Of a stretch of 64,000 nucleotides of DNA, positions 20,951 to 28,801 are shown piece by piece. Below the pieces are notes generated by a model. It searched no databases, had not been told where the DNA came from, and saw nothing but the letters and a program-made list of their open reading frames with translations. Position 1 is the first letter of the stretch. Each line of letters begins with the position of its first letter. The stretch comes from Actinomycetales bacterium (GTDB taxonomy: Bacteria; Actinomycetota; Actinomycetes; Actinomycetales; CAVURS01): positions 1-64,000 of the forward strand of contig JBJMHS010000078.1 in NCBI GenBank assembly GCA_045807245.1. Direction: 5' to 3'. Made by a program: the position numbers and the translations under genes.

Positions 20951-21345
20951 GCAGCATCGTCATCATCTGCATCGCCCTCATGGGCATCCTCCTGTTCGCC
21001 CTCGGCGCGAACGTCACCCGGCACCGCGCCATCCGTGGAAAGTCGGGCGGCAACCAGATGCCCACCGACCCCGCCGACCGGATGTTCATCGCCATCAGGG
21101 CGCACGGCAACGCCGCGGAGTACATCCCCACGCTGATCGGTCTGCTGATCGTCTGCTCGACGCTGACCGACGGATGGTGGCTGGATGCCCTGGCGATCAC
21201 CGCGGCGGCGGCGCGGGGTGTCCACGCGGTCGGGCTGCTGACCGCCAAGACCATGGAGACCCACGGGCCGGTGCGCGACGCCGGGGCGGCGTTCACGTAC
21301 CTGGCCGGAGTGGCGCTCGGCGTCACCGCACTCGTGGCGCTCTGA
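20947..21345 (+). CDS. MAPEG-family membrane protein (glutathione transferase-like)
   Basis: IRAHGNAAEYIP and ARGVHAVG motifs, about 4 TM segments. Confidence 0.9.
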   Translation: MSSIVIICIALMGILLFALGANVTRHRAIRGKSGGNQMPTDPADRMFIAIRAHGNAAEYIPTLIGLLIVCSTLTDGWWLDALAITAAAARGVHAVGLLTAKTMETHGPVRDAGAAFTYLAGVALGVTALVAL

Positions 21346-21384
21346 GCGACCCGGCCCCCGACCCGGATCGGGGTGGTCGGTCGC
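21346..21384. terminator. GC-rich hairpin between the MAPEG gene and the tRNA 3'-end duplicate
   Basis: GCGACC..CCCCGA / TCGGGG..GGTCGC inverted repeat. Confidence 0.5.
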
Positions 21385-21407
21385 GGGTACGTCGTGCGTT
21401 TCGCAGG

Positions 21408-21462
21408 TGGTGGTGGCAGGTGAAGGATTCGAACCTTCGAAGCTTTCGCGACGGATTTACAG
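21408..21462 (-). repeat. att site: 55-bp duplicate of the tRNA-Tyr 3' portion (anticodon loop to CCA)
   Basis: Identical to 35244-35298 (TGGTGGTGGCAGGTGAAGGATTCGAACCTTCGAAGCTTTCGCGACGGATTTACAG). Confidence 0.97.
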
Positions 21463-21834
21463 CGGGCTCGCCGCCAGCCTCTGAGCTGCACCGACGCGGT
21501 CACTGCTCGAACTTCCCCACGTATTCCCCACCCTCAGGCCCGGCCCAACCGGTGACGGTGCGCCTTAGTCGTGGACCGCCATACAAGAACCCGAGATGAC
21601 CAAGCCGAGCCGACTTGGCCCGATCTCGCCCAACCCCGATCCCGCCGAGGAGGTTCCACGACACTCGTACTGGACCGGAAACCGGGGGCCGGAGAACGGT
21701 CAAGCAATACCTGCAGATCGCAGTACAAGATGTGCACGTTGAGAGTGAGGTCGTCGTAGTAGTTCCCGCCGTTCCCAGAAGTCCAATTTGCCCTGTTCTG
21801 GATGTCATGCCGCAGGGACCTTCGCCCCAAGTCA

Positions 21835-22836
21835 TCAGCGGAGGCTCTGGATGTACGAGTAAGCCGAACACCGTCCATCACCAGTCGTCAACGAAGCTCC
21901 CTCTTGGGCAGCACGCGAAACCCAGACGGTCTCGAATCGGCCAGAGGCCCTAAGCTGATCTGCGCTCGACAACGCACCTGCGAACGTCGGCGCCACGCCA
22001 AAGAAGACTGGTCCCCATGAGGACATTGAGACACCCCTAAGGCAGGACGTCTCAAGGCTCAAAATGGCCGCTTCCGCCGCTGCACCGCGGGCCGCAAGTT
22101 CGCGGCGCTTGAAACCGAGAGTCCGGAGACGCTCCATGGAGCAACAGAACGAGTCAAAGTCATCCTCGACGATGGCCGGGACCATCTGACTAAGAACAGT
22201 CGCATATGCTTCCAGCGTCTCGGTCCAGGGAACTGGCGTGTTAGCCGCAAACAGAGCCTTCTCTCGCTCTCCGTGAATACCTTCCATCGACGGGGCAACA
22301 GCCATCACTAATGGCCATGTAAAGGGCGCCTTGAATATTAAGGGAGGAAGTTCAGGGACAGTCGAGGAACTCGACGGTCCAAAACTTGTTTTAACTTTCC
22401 TGCGGTGCCCGGCATCCACCATAAAACCCCCCGTCCAGAAACCCCAACTGCCAATAGCCGACGTGCCTCCACGGCCTAACAAGGGAGCCAGCCCGGCCGG
22501 ATCAATACTTAGCCCAAGGAACGAGCAAACGGCAGTCGCGATCCCTAGACGCAGTTGAGTGTGCCAGCCCAGCCCGACGTGCGGCTGTATTCCACAATCT
22601 ATCTCAAGACGCAGTGGCACCGAGCTTTTGCCAAGCCGGTTGAGGCAAAAAAGCACCTCGTTCACATACTGATCTGGCCAGATTTGAAGACTTGCCGCTT
22701 GCTCGACTCGAATAAGCAACCTTGGATCTTCAAGCATCAATCCGACACCACCGTCTATACGGGTACCGCGATCTGAGAGATTTAGCAGACCGAGGTGCAG
22801 CCGACTTGGCGCCGACAGTTCGATAGGGGCGGTCAT
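21835..22836 (-). CDS. Beta-ribofuranosylaminobenzene 5'-phosphate (beta-RFAP) synthase-like GHMP-family protein
   Basis: APSRLHLGL..DGGVGL, PHVGLGWHTQL, GRGGTSAIG...GGFMVDAGH, MSSWGP. Confidence 0.82.
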   Translation of the reverse strand: MTAPIELSAPSRLHLGLLNLSDRGTRIDGGVGLMLEDPRLLIRVEQAASLQIWPDQYVNEVLFCLNRLGKSSVPLRLEIDCGIQPHVGLGWHTQLRLGIATAVCSFLGLSIDPAGLAPLLGRGGTSAIGSWGFWTGGFMVDAGHRRKVKTSFGPSSSSTVPELPPLIFKAPFTWPLVMAVAPSMEGIHGEREKALFAANTPVPWTETLEAYATVLSQMVPAIVEDDFDSFCCSMERLRTLGFKRRELAARGAAAEAAILSLETSCLRGVSMSSWGPVFFGVAPTFAGALSSADQLRASGRFETVWVSRAAQEGASLTTGDGRCSAYSYIQSLR

Positions 22837-22844
22837 CTCCACGT

Positions 22845-23741
22845 CTAAGCCGGTGTGGCTATCGCGTAATGTGATTGGTCCCAGCACTCTTGAAAGTGCG
22901 CGAGATGGACGTCGTAGTGCGACCCGCCGTCACGGGATTCATAGATCTCATAGAACCTGCTCGCCGCGCCTCTTGGAGTGCTTACACGAGGGCGAACGTA
23001 GACGACGTCTTGCACTCTGAAGAGAGTCACCGGTTGATATTTCCCGAAGAAGCGCAGCTCTACGCGGACACGCCCACTCTTCCAGACCAGGCTGCGCCCT
23101 TCGACGGCTGCACCCTCGAAGGCCTCGATTGTTCTCTCGACCTCTGTTCTGGTGTGCCCCAAATTTCTGGCCTCAAGTTCACAGATCTCATCGAACACGG
23201 AGCTGTCCGGGTCTTGCAGTAGGAGCCTTAGGTTGACTTCGTGTTGGCGTTCAATCATCCATTCAAGCTGGTCCTGAAGGAACCTGAACAGTTTTAGGCC
23301 GAGCAAGTCAATCCGAAGCACAGGAGTGTCGATCATTGATCGTGCGAATTCGCGTCGAAATTGCGATCCTATCTCAGTGTCAGAGACGCACCGCTGATTA
23401 GCGGACGTGACCAGCCTGATGGGATTCATGTACGTGCCAATGAGTGTCTTTAGATCCGCGCGAATACGATCAACGGTGGAGTCGAGACCTTCCATCTCCT
23501 CTGCGTGTCGCTGCTGCTGTGCCCGCTCATCCTTGTCGTCGAAATGTCTGAGGATTCCAAACCCCGCGCTTGCGATTCCTGCCGCCAGCAGCGAAGTTCC
23601 CACCGATATCAGAGTGGTGTTGGCCTGATGGCCGCCCTGTGTGCGAGATCCTATAACCGTGAGAATAAGACCCACGAGCGCCAAGAGCAGAGAGACCAGG
23701 AAATAGATGATCGTGCTGCGATTTCGCGCTTCATTCGTCAT
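22845..23741 (-). CDS. Membrane protein: 2 N-terminal TM helices, coiled coil and a DUF5919-like (PLD-fold-like) C-terminal domain
   Basis: TM helices at about aa 10-31 and 44-64; IDLLGL...LRLLLQDPDS...ELRFF...LFRVQD.VYV.P...HFQECW pattern. Confidence 0.62.
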   Translation of the reverse strand: MTNEARNRSTIIYFLVSLLLALVGLILTVIGSRTQGGHQANTTLISVGTSLLAAGIASAGFGILRHFDDKDERAQQQRHAEEMEGLDSTVDRIRADLKTLIGTYMNPIRLVTSANQRCVSDTEIGSQFRREFARSMIDTPVLRIDLLGLKLFRFLQDQLEWMIERQHEVNLRLLLQDPDSSVFDEICELEARNLGHTRTEVERTIEAFEGAAVEGRSLVWKSGRVRVELRFFGKYQPVTLFRVQDVVYVRPRVSTPRGAASRFYEIYESRDGGSHYDVHLAHFQECWDQSHYAIATPA

Positions 23742-24283
23742 TGAGCACCCGCAATATCACGAATGCTCGCAATAATCCCCGACACCTTGCGTTCAACGTC
23801 TTGTCCGCCGTTTATGACGATGTCACATTCGGACAACAACTTCTCGGTGCCCCAGTTGCTCTCTTGCCATTCGCGTTCATCCCAGGTGTCGCCAAAGGAC
23901 AAGTGACGGTGCTCCCATCGCCGTTTACGTATCTCCGGTGAGGTTCGAAGCCCAACCGTCACGGCTCCATCAAGATTCCTCAGGAGATACTCGAGCTCCA
24001 AAGTCGTGCGTGGTCCGACATAGATCTGAGAGGCGGGGGGCTGCGCGCCCCGAAAGACCGCAGACCTAGCCAACGACAGAGGATCCGCCGCCAGGAGGTC
24101 ACGTGCCACGGAGACCAGGCTGGAGCCTGCTTGCGCGCGAGCTGCGGAGCGCACGGCGTCACCGAGCTCGGTCACGCGCGTGTGAGTCGTGGACGCGATC
24201 AGGCGCGCCAGAGTCGACTTCCCGGAACTGTGCAGACCAACGATGACCAGCGCCCATCGTTCACCGGCCAAGTCGCGATGCAT
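23738..24283 (-). CDS. P-loop nucleotide kinase (NMP / archaeal dephospho-CoA kinase-like)
   Basis: Walker A GLHSSGKST, GDAVR, GPR...E, E..WG.....CDIVIN; ATGA overlap with the next gene. Confidence 0.75.
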   Translation of the reverse strand: MHRDLAGERWALVIVGLHSSGKSTLARLIASTTHTRVTELGDAVRSAARAQAGSSLVSVARDLLAADPLSLARSAVFRGAQPPASQIYVGPRTTLELEYLLRNLDGAVTVGLRTSPEIRKRRWEHRHLSFGDTWDEREWQESNWGTEKLLSECDIVINGGQDVERKVSGIIASIRDIAGAQ

Positions 24284-24692
24284 AGCTACAGGCTAGTCAT
24301 GTTCAGGACCCATCTCGTCGTCTTCGCGCAGGTCACGACCGTCGGACTATGCGAGTCACTGGAGATTCCCTTTCTGGAGGCTAGGCCGGAACCTGAGCGG
24401 ATGAAGGGACTCGCCGGAGGCGACAACAGTTCCAGCCTGCGGGGTCGGGACTGGCGCGGATTCCGCCAGTGACGGAGCCACGACCAGGGCACCGCCGAGA
24501 ACGCGCGTTTCACCGACAGCGACTTCCGGCTCATTTGGACCGGCGCCCTCGGCCCCGGTCGGACAAGCGTCGAAACATGCCCCAGCCCGTCGGTTAGGAC
24601 ACAGGCGGGTGTCGACCGAGCCGGCACTCGTCTGCCAGAGTCCAGGTCCCCGCCACGTCAATGGCGAGCAGAACCCCGAGTAGTGAGGTCCT

Positions 24693-25151
24693 ATGAATCC
24701 GACGTCTGCCACCGCCAATCGTGAGCTGCCAACCGGTTTCGACACTGCCCTGAGCCACGTCTGGTCCTGGTACGCGCTGCACGCCGGCCAGCGCATACAA
24801 GTGATCAACTTCCTCCTCGTCGCACTGTCGGTTCTGGCCGCCGGATACGCGGCCGCCACTGGGGCCGGACAACACCTGGCCGGGGCCGGCGTGGCGCTAG
24901 GCGGGGTGGCGACCTGCGCGGTGTTTAACGTGCTCGACGCCAGGACGCGCGAGCTTGTCGCCGCCTCGGAGAACGCCCTGGCCGCGCTGCAGGAGTTGCT
25001 GGTGCAGGCGGGGTTTCCCGACACTGACCTCTACGCACGGAGTTGCGCGGGGGTTCGCCGGGCGCCGTCGTACAGAACGTCCATCAACGCCCTGACGGCA
25101 GTCGCCGGCGCCGGGTTCGCCGTCGCGTTGGTCGCAGCGCTGGCCAGCTAG
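24693..25151 (+). CDS. Small membrane protein (3 TM), possible effector
   Basis: W.WYALHAGQRIQVINFLL...LDARTRELVAASENAL pattern with 2+1 TM helices. Confidence 0.65.
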   Translation: MNPTSATANRELPTGFDTALSHVWSWYALHAGQRIQVINFLLVALSVLAAGYAAATGAGQHLAGAGVALGGVATCAVFNVLDARTRELVAASENALAALQELLVQAGFPDTDLYARSCAGVRRAPSYRTSINALTAVAGAGFAVALVAALAS

Positions 25152-25903
25152 CGCGCGGGTGGCAGCAGCTCGTCGATGGCGCCCTTGCGTCCGTCGAGCT
25201 CGACATGGTTGACGGTGATCAGGAGCTCACCAACCTGCAGCGGCGGGCACGCCTGCGCCACGTAGGTTTGGAGCTGCGCCAAGCCCCAGTAGTTGCCATA
25301 GGCGCGCGCCACCAGGAGTTCGTTGCGGTAAACGGCCTGCTGGTGCAGCTTCCCGTCATGGATATGGAAGGAGACGTGGGCGAGGCAGGGAAAACTCATG
25401 GGATTGGTGTCGTGGCGCTCGGAGAAGATGTTCACCTCATACCGCGAGCTCTTCACGCCGCCTCGGCCAGCCAGTTCCTGCCTGATCTTCCTGACCAGCT
25501 CGGTCAACTGGTCGCCGTAGGCCCCGTTGTGCTTGTCGTCCCGCGGGTAGGCAACGATCCGGCCGAAGTAGGTTCCGTAGCCGTTGTCGCGGACCTGGCG
25601 CAGCTCCTTGTACCGCGCCCGGTAGTAGGCGGCGAGGTCGCTCGGCTCCGGGTTTCGCCTCGCCCAGGCGGCCGGAAAGATGGTGTTGCGGGTCGACTCG
25701 ACCGACCAGAGCCTTCCCGCCGAGTTGTTCGAGTCGATGGCCGCCTGGGCGATCCGGCGGACAGCCTCGTCTTGTTGCGAGGCATCAGCGGCCCGCAGCA
25801 CGAGGTGGACCGCCTTGCGGCTAGGGATCGCGTGGACCAGGCGCACCGCCTCGAGCCAGGCCTGCGAGAAGTTGGGCGCCTCGACGTACCGGCTTGCAGT
25901 CAT
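25148..25903 (-). CDS. Thymidylate synthase-like nucleotide-modifying enzyme
   Basis: NTIFP, GTYFGRI, DQL, catalytic FPCL, YRN...RAYGN. Confidence 0.8.
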   Translation of the reverse strand: MTASRYVEAPNFSQAWLEAVRLVHAIPSRKAVHLVLRAADASQQDEAVRRIAQAAIDSNNSAGRLWSVESTRNTIFPAAWARRNPEPSDLAAYYRARYKELRQVRDNGYGTYFGRIVAYPRDDKHNGAYGDQLTELVRKIRQELAGRGGVKSSRYEVNIFSERHDTNPMSFPCLAHVSFHIHDGKLHQQAVYRNELLVARAYGNYWGLAQLQTYVAQACPPLQVGELLITVNHVELDGRKGAIDELLPPAR

Positions 25904-26568
25904 GGTGCGGACGCTCCCTGGACGACGTGGGCCGCGGTCGCGAAGGCGTCGACGTAGCGCTCGGAGACGTAGCCGTAGCCCTGGTCGCCCCAGGTGTCGG
26001 ACCAGCTGTTCTTCACGATGAGGTTGGGCCACGGTGCGTGCGGGTGATCATCGGCCTCGAGGTGGCCCACGGCCAGAACGGCATGGTAGTCGACAACTCT
26101 GGCCGTCGGCGGGGCATCGATGACGCCGTCGGGCGCTGCCGCCGCCCAGGACGTTTCGACGATGGCCAGGGTGAGGACCACGGCGAGGCCGGCGTCGAGT
26201 TCCGCTGCCACGTCAGCGAACAGGTGGCTACGCAGTTCGCGCCACTGGCCGACGGCGCAGAGCGCCGCGGGCAGCGACGCGGGTGCCGGGCGTCCGGCCG
26301 GCCAGGTTGGCGCGCCGTAGGGCCAGGTCGCCTCGCTCGCCTGCCGGTGCGCTTCGACCCCGGTGAGGGCCTCCCGTACGTGCAGGGCCTCATCGGTGCG
26401 CGGGGTCGCCAGCTCGGTGTGCCCAGACCACAAGACGTCCTCGACCGAGCGAACGGCGCCGCCACACACCCACTCGTGCGCGGCACTGGTCGCAAACGCC
26501 GTGCATGTCCGTCGCGCGTCTTGGTCGCGGACCGGACTCTGCAGCGCGCGGTGGTCAACCGCCGTCAT
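25900..26568 (-). CDS. Papain-like cysteine peptidase (C1 family)
   Basis: PVRDQ...TCTAFA (Gln/Cys), HAVLAVG (His), KNSWSDTWGDQGYG (Asn). Confidence 0.88.
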   Translation of the reverse strand: MTAVDHRALQSPVRDQDARRTCTAFATSAAHEWVCGGAVRSVEDVLWSGHTELATPRTDEALHVREALTGVEAHRQASEATWPYGAPTWPAGRPAPASLPAALCAVGQWRELRSHLFADVAAELDAGLAVVLTLAIVETSWAAAAPDGVIDAPPTARVVDYHAVLAVGHLEADDHPHAPWPNLIVKNSWSDTWGDQGYGYVSERYVDAFATAAHVVQGASAP

Positions 26569-27605
26569 GCGTCGAGCCGCAGCAGGTCTTCGGGCTCTTG
26601 CAGCCCGTGACGCCGCGGCTCGACCGCGACGAGGACCTCCATAGCGCGCGTCACGGCACCCGACCAGGGCCGCTCCAGCTTGAATCCCAAACGCAGGATG
26701 GTCGGGGCGGCCGAGCCGAGGTCCTCCGACAGCCCGATCAACAGACCGCGGCGTTGGCCGATCCCTGGAACTTGGGCGTCCCGGCGGCTGTCGTCCCCAG
26801 GTGAACTGAGAAAACGCGGGGTCCATTGGCCAGCCTCGGAATCGGCCAGGACCTCCACGCCGCTCGGCATCTCCTCGGCCGCCCAGGTGTATCCGGTCGA
26901 GGCGGCCTCCTCCAGCTGGAGCAGCATGCGATCGCCGGGCCGGACGTTGACCGTCTGAACGTTGTGCGTGTCGGCCAACGCGACGACGTCGCTGCGGGAG
27001 TTCCCCCACGCGATCTGCCCGCTCAGCTCCGCCTTCAGGTCCAGCGGCCTCAACATCGCCCACTGGCCCGCCATCGCGGGATCGAGCATCCGGATCGCGG
27101 GCAGGTGTCTGACGGTGGCCGTGTAGCTGGTGCCGAGCCAGGTCGAGAGTGCGTAGGCGTCGCCAGGGCCGGAAAGGGCAAGGTCGAGGGCCTTCATCCC
27201 GGCCCGGACGACCCGTCGCGGCATCAGGAACCAGGCGGCGAAGGCCTCGGCCTCCTTCTCCTGGTCGGTCATGGTGTCGAAGTGCTCGCGGCGCATGGAC
27301 TCGATGTCGCCGTCGACCTCGTCCCCGTGGTTGAAGCGGTGGTGGCCCAGTTCGTGGGCGGCGGTGTAGCGCTGCCTGGTCAAGGGGTGGCCTTGGTGGA
27401 CCAGGATGCCGGCCAGCGCACCCCCGGAGCGGGCCGGCAGGTACACGCCCGAGGTCGCCTCAAGGTCGGCGAAGGCTAGGACTAGGTCGAGCCGTTGGAT
27501 GGCGTGGAAGACGTCGATCGGCCGGTCGAGCTCGAGGTCTAGCTCGCCGTGCAGCTCGCTGGCCAGGACCCCGGCTCGCCGGTTCGCCTGCTCCCACGTG
27601 ATCAC
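26565..27605 (-). CDS. ImmA/IrrE-family metallopeptidase fused to a C-terminal chagasin (I42)-like domain
   Basis: RQRYTAAHELGHH, EKEAEAFAAWFLMP; C-terminus GD...L.EAASTGYTW...PGIG...ERPW. Confidence 0.85.
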   Translation of the reverse strand: MITWEQANRRAGVLASELHGELDLELDRPIDVFHAIQRLDLVLAFADLEATSGVYLPARSGGALAGILVHQGHPLTRQRYTAAHELGHHRFNHGDEVDGDIESMRREHFDTMTDQEKEAEAFAAWFLMPRRVVRAGMKALDLALSGPGDAYALSTWLGTSYTATVRHLPAIRMLDPAMAGQWAMLRPLDLKAELSGQIAWGNSRSDVVALADTHNVQTVNVRPGDRMLLQLEEAASTGYTWAAEEMPSGVEVLADSEAGQWTPRFLSSPGDDSRRDAQVPGIGQRRGLLIGLSEDLGSAAPTILRLGFKLERPWSGAVTRAMEVLVAVEPRRHGLQEPEDLLRLDA

Positions 27606-27988
27606 CGGCTCGTCTCCCCGCCCGGTCGGCGATAGCGGCTCAAGAACACCGCGAACCGCTCGACGGCCTCGCGGTCTCGGACTGTCATGCTCCCGGTGGC
27701 ACGGCCCAGGGTCTTCAGCTCGCCTTCCCGGAGGCTGGCGTCTGTTCCGGTGGCGAGGAACTCCTCAGTCAGGCGGTAAAGGCGTGAGAAGCCCGCCAAC
27801 TCGGTCGCCGTCGGGGGCCGCCGGTCGGCCTCGACGTCTTCGAGGTCGCTCGGAGAGATCGATAGCTCACCGGCCGCGAACTCCACGGACAGGTTCAGGA
27901 AGGTCCGCGCGTCTCGCAATCGCTGCCCGACGGAACTGTCTCCCGAGCCGGCGCCGGCGCCGGCGCGAGGCTGCTCGTGGCCGGTCAC
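27602..27988 (-). CDS. XRE-family HTH regulator
   Basis: VGQRLRDAR..LNLS..FAAGEL.IS...L..VE..RR.P. Confidence 0.82.
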   Translation of the reverse strand: MTGHEQPRAGAGAGSGDSSVGQRLRDARTFLNLSVEFAAGELSISPSDLEDVEADRRPPTATELAGFSRLYRLTEEFLATGTDASLREGELKTLGRATGSMTVRDREAVERFAVFLSRYRRPGGETSR

Positions 27989-28269
27989 GTCGCCTTCACC
28001 TCCTGCCGCATGACGAACTCCGCGAACGCCTTGACCGAGCGCAGCGTTTCCCGTTTCAACTCTCGCACCCTCAGCCGCAGCCCGGTGCGTTTGCGGAAGT
28101 CGGCCAGGATGTCGAACATGTCCAGGGAGTCGACCGGCATGTTGGGTCCGTCCGTCCTTAAGCGCGCCGCGAGGTCAGCGGCTGGTTCGTTCAGGAGGTC
28201 GGCCAGCAGTTCGACGACGAGGTCTTCGACCCCTTGTGCGGTGGTCGGCGCCGTGGGTGCGACACTCAC
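27985..28269 (-). CDS. Acyl carrier protein-like
   Basis: 94-aa helical protein with VDSLDMFDI phosphopantetheine-Ser motif and C-terminal LRSVKAFAEFV; RBS AAGGAGG. Confidence 0.75.
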   Translation of the reverse strand: MSVAPTAPTTAQGVEDLVVELLADLLNEPAADLAARLRTDGPNMPVDSLDMFDILADFRKRTGLRLRVRELKRETLRSVKAFAEFVMRQEVKAT

Positions 28270-28318
28270 GACTAGCCCCACCTCCTTGGCACCCTCGCGT
28301 GGACGGAGAGTAGCACAA

Positions 28319-28801
28319 GTGTTCGACTCCTTGTCCGGCCGCAGCCACCGGGCGAGCCGGCCGGGCGTGGGCGTGGACGCCGTGGAGCCGACCCGGCTTG
28401 GCGGCATTCTAGAGCGCCACCCCGAGGTCAGGACCGACCTGTTCACCCCCGTCGAGCTGGCCTACTGCGGAACCCAACCAGACCCCCTCCAGTGCTTGGC
28501 CGCCCGCTACGCGGCCAAGGAGGCTGTCGTCAAGGCGCTCAGGTTGGACGGCTTCGACCCTCAGGACATCAGCCTGGTGCCAACCGAGACCGCGCCGCGC
28601 GTCGAGCTGGCCGGGGATGCTGCGCGACGCGCCGAGGAGCTGGGAGTCGTCGTTGAGGCGTCCTTGACGCATCTTCCGTCGGTGGCGATCGCGGTGGCCC
28701 TACTCGTCCCCAGGGACCGGCTCGGCGCGGGGCGCTTGCCGGCTCTGGCGCGGACCTGGCGAGGGCGTCAGAAGAGGGATTCCAGTAGCCGCGTCCGCTG
28801 A
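28319..28801 (+). CDS. acpS: Holo-ACP synthase (AcpS-type phosphopantetheinyl transferase)
   Basis: GVGVDAVE, FTPVELAYC, LAARYAAKEAVVKAL, SLTH. Confidence 0.9.
   Translation: MFDSLSGRSHRASRPGVGVDAVEPTRLGGILERHPEVRTDLFTPVELAYCGTQPDPLQCLAARYAAKEAVVKALRLDGFDPQDISLVPTETAPRVELAGDAARRAEELGVVVEASLTHLPSVAIAVALLVPRDRLGAGRLPALARTWRGRQKRDSSSRVR

Noticed and set aside
21408..21462. Second tRNA-Tyr gene
   Set aside because: Only the 3' portion is present; the D-arm and 5' acceptor strand are missing, so it is an att duplicate
24356..24620. Ferredoxin-like string CPNRRAGACFDACPTGA on the minus strand
   Set aside because: Only three Cys with wrong spacing, no convincing start or RBS, and the ORF is largely antisense to the membrane gene
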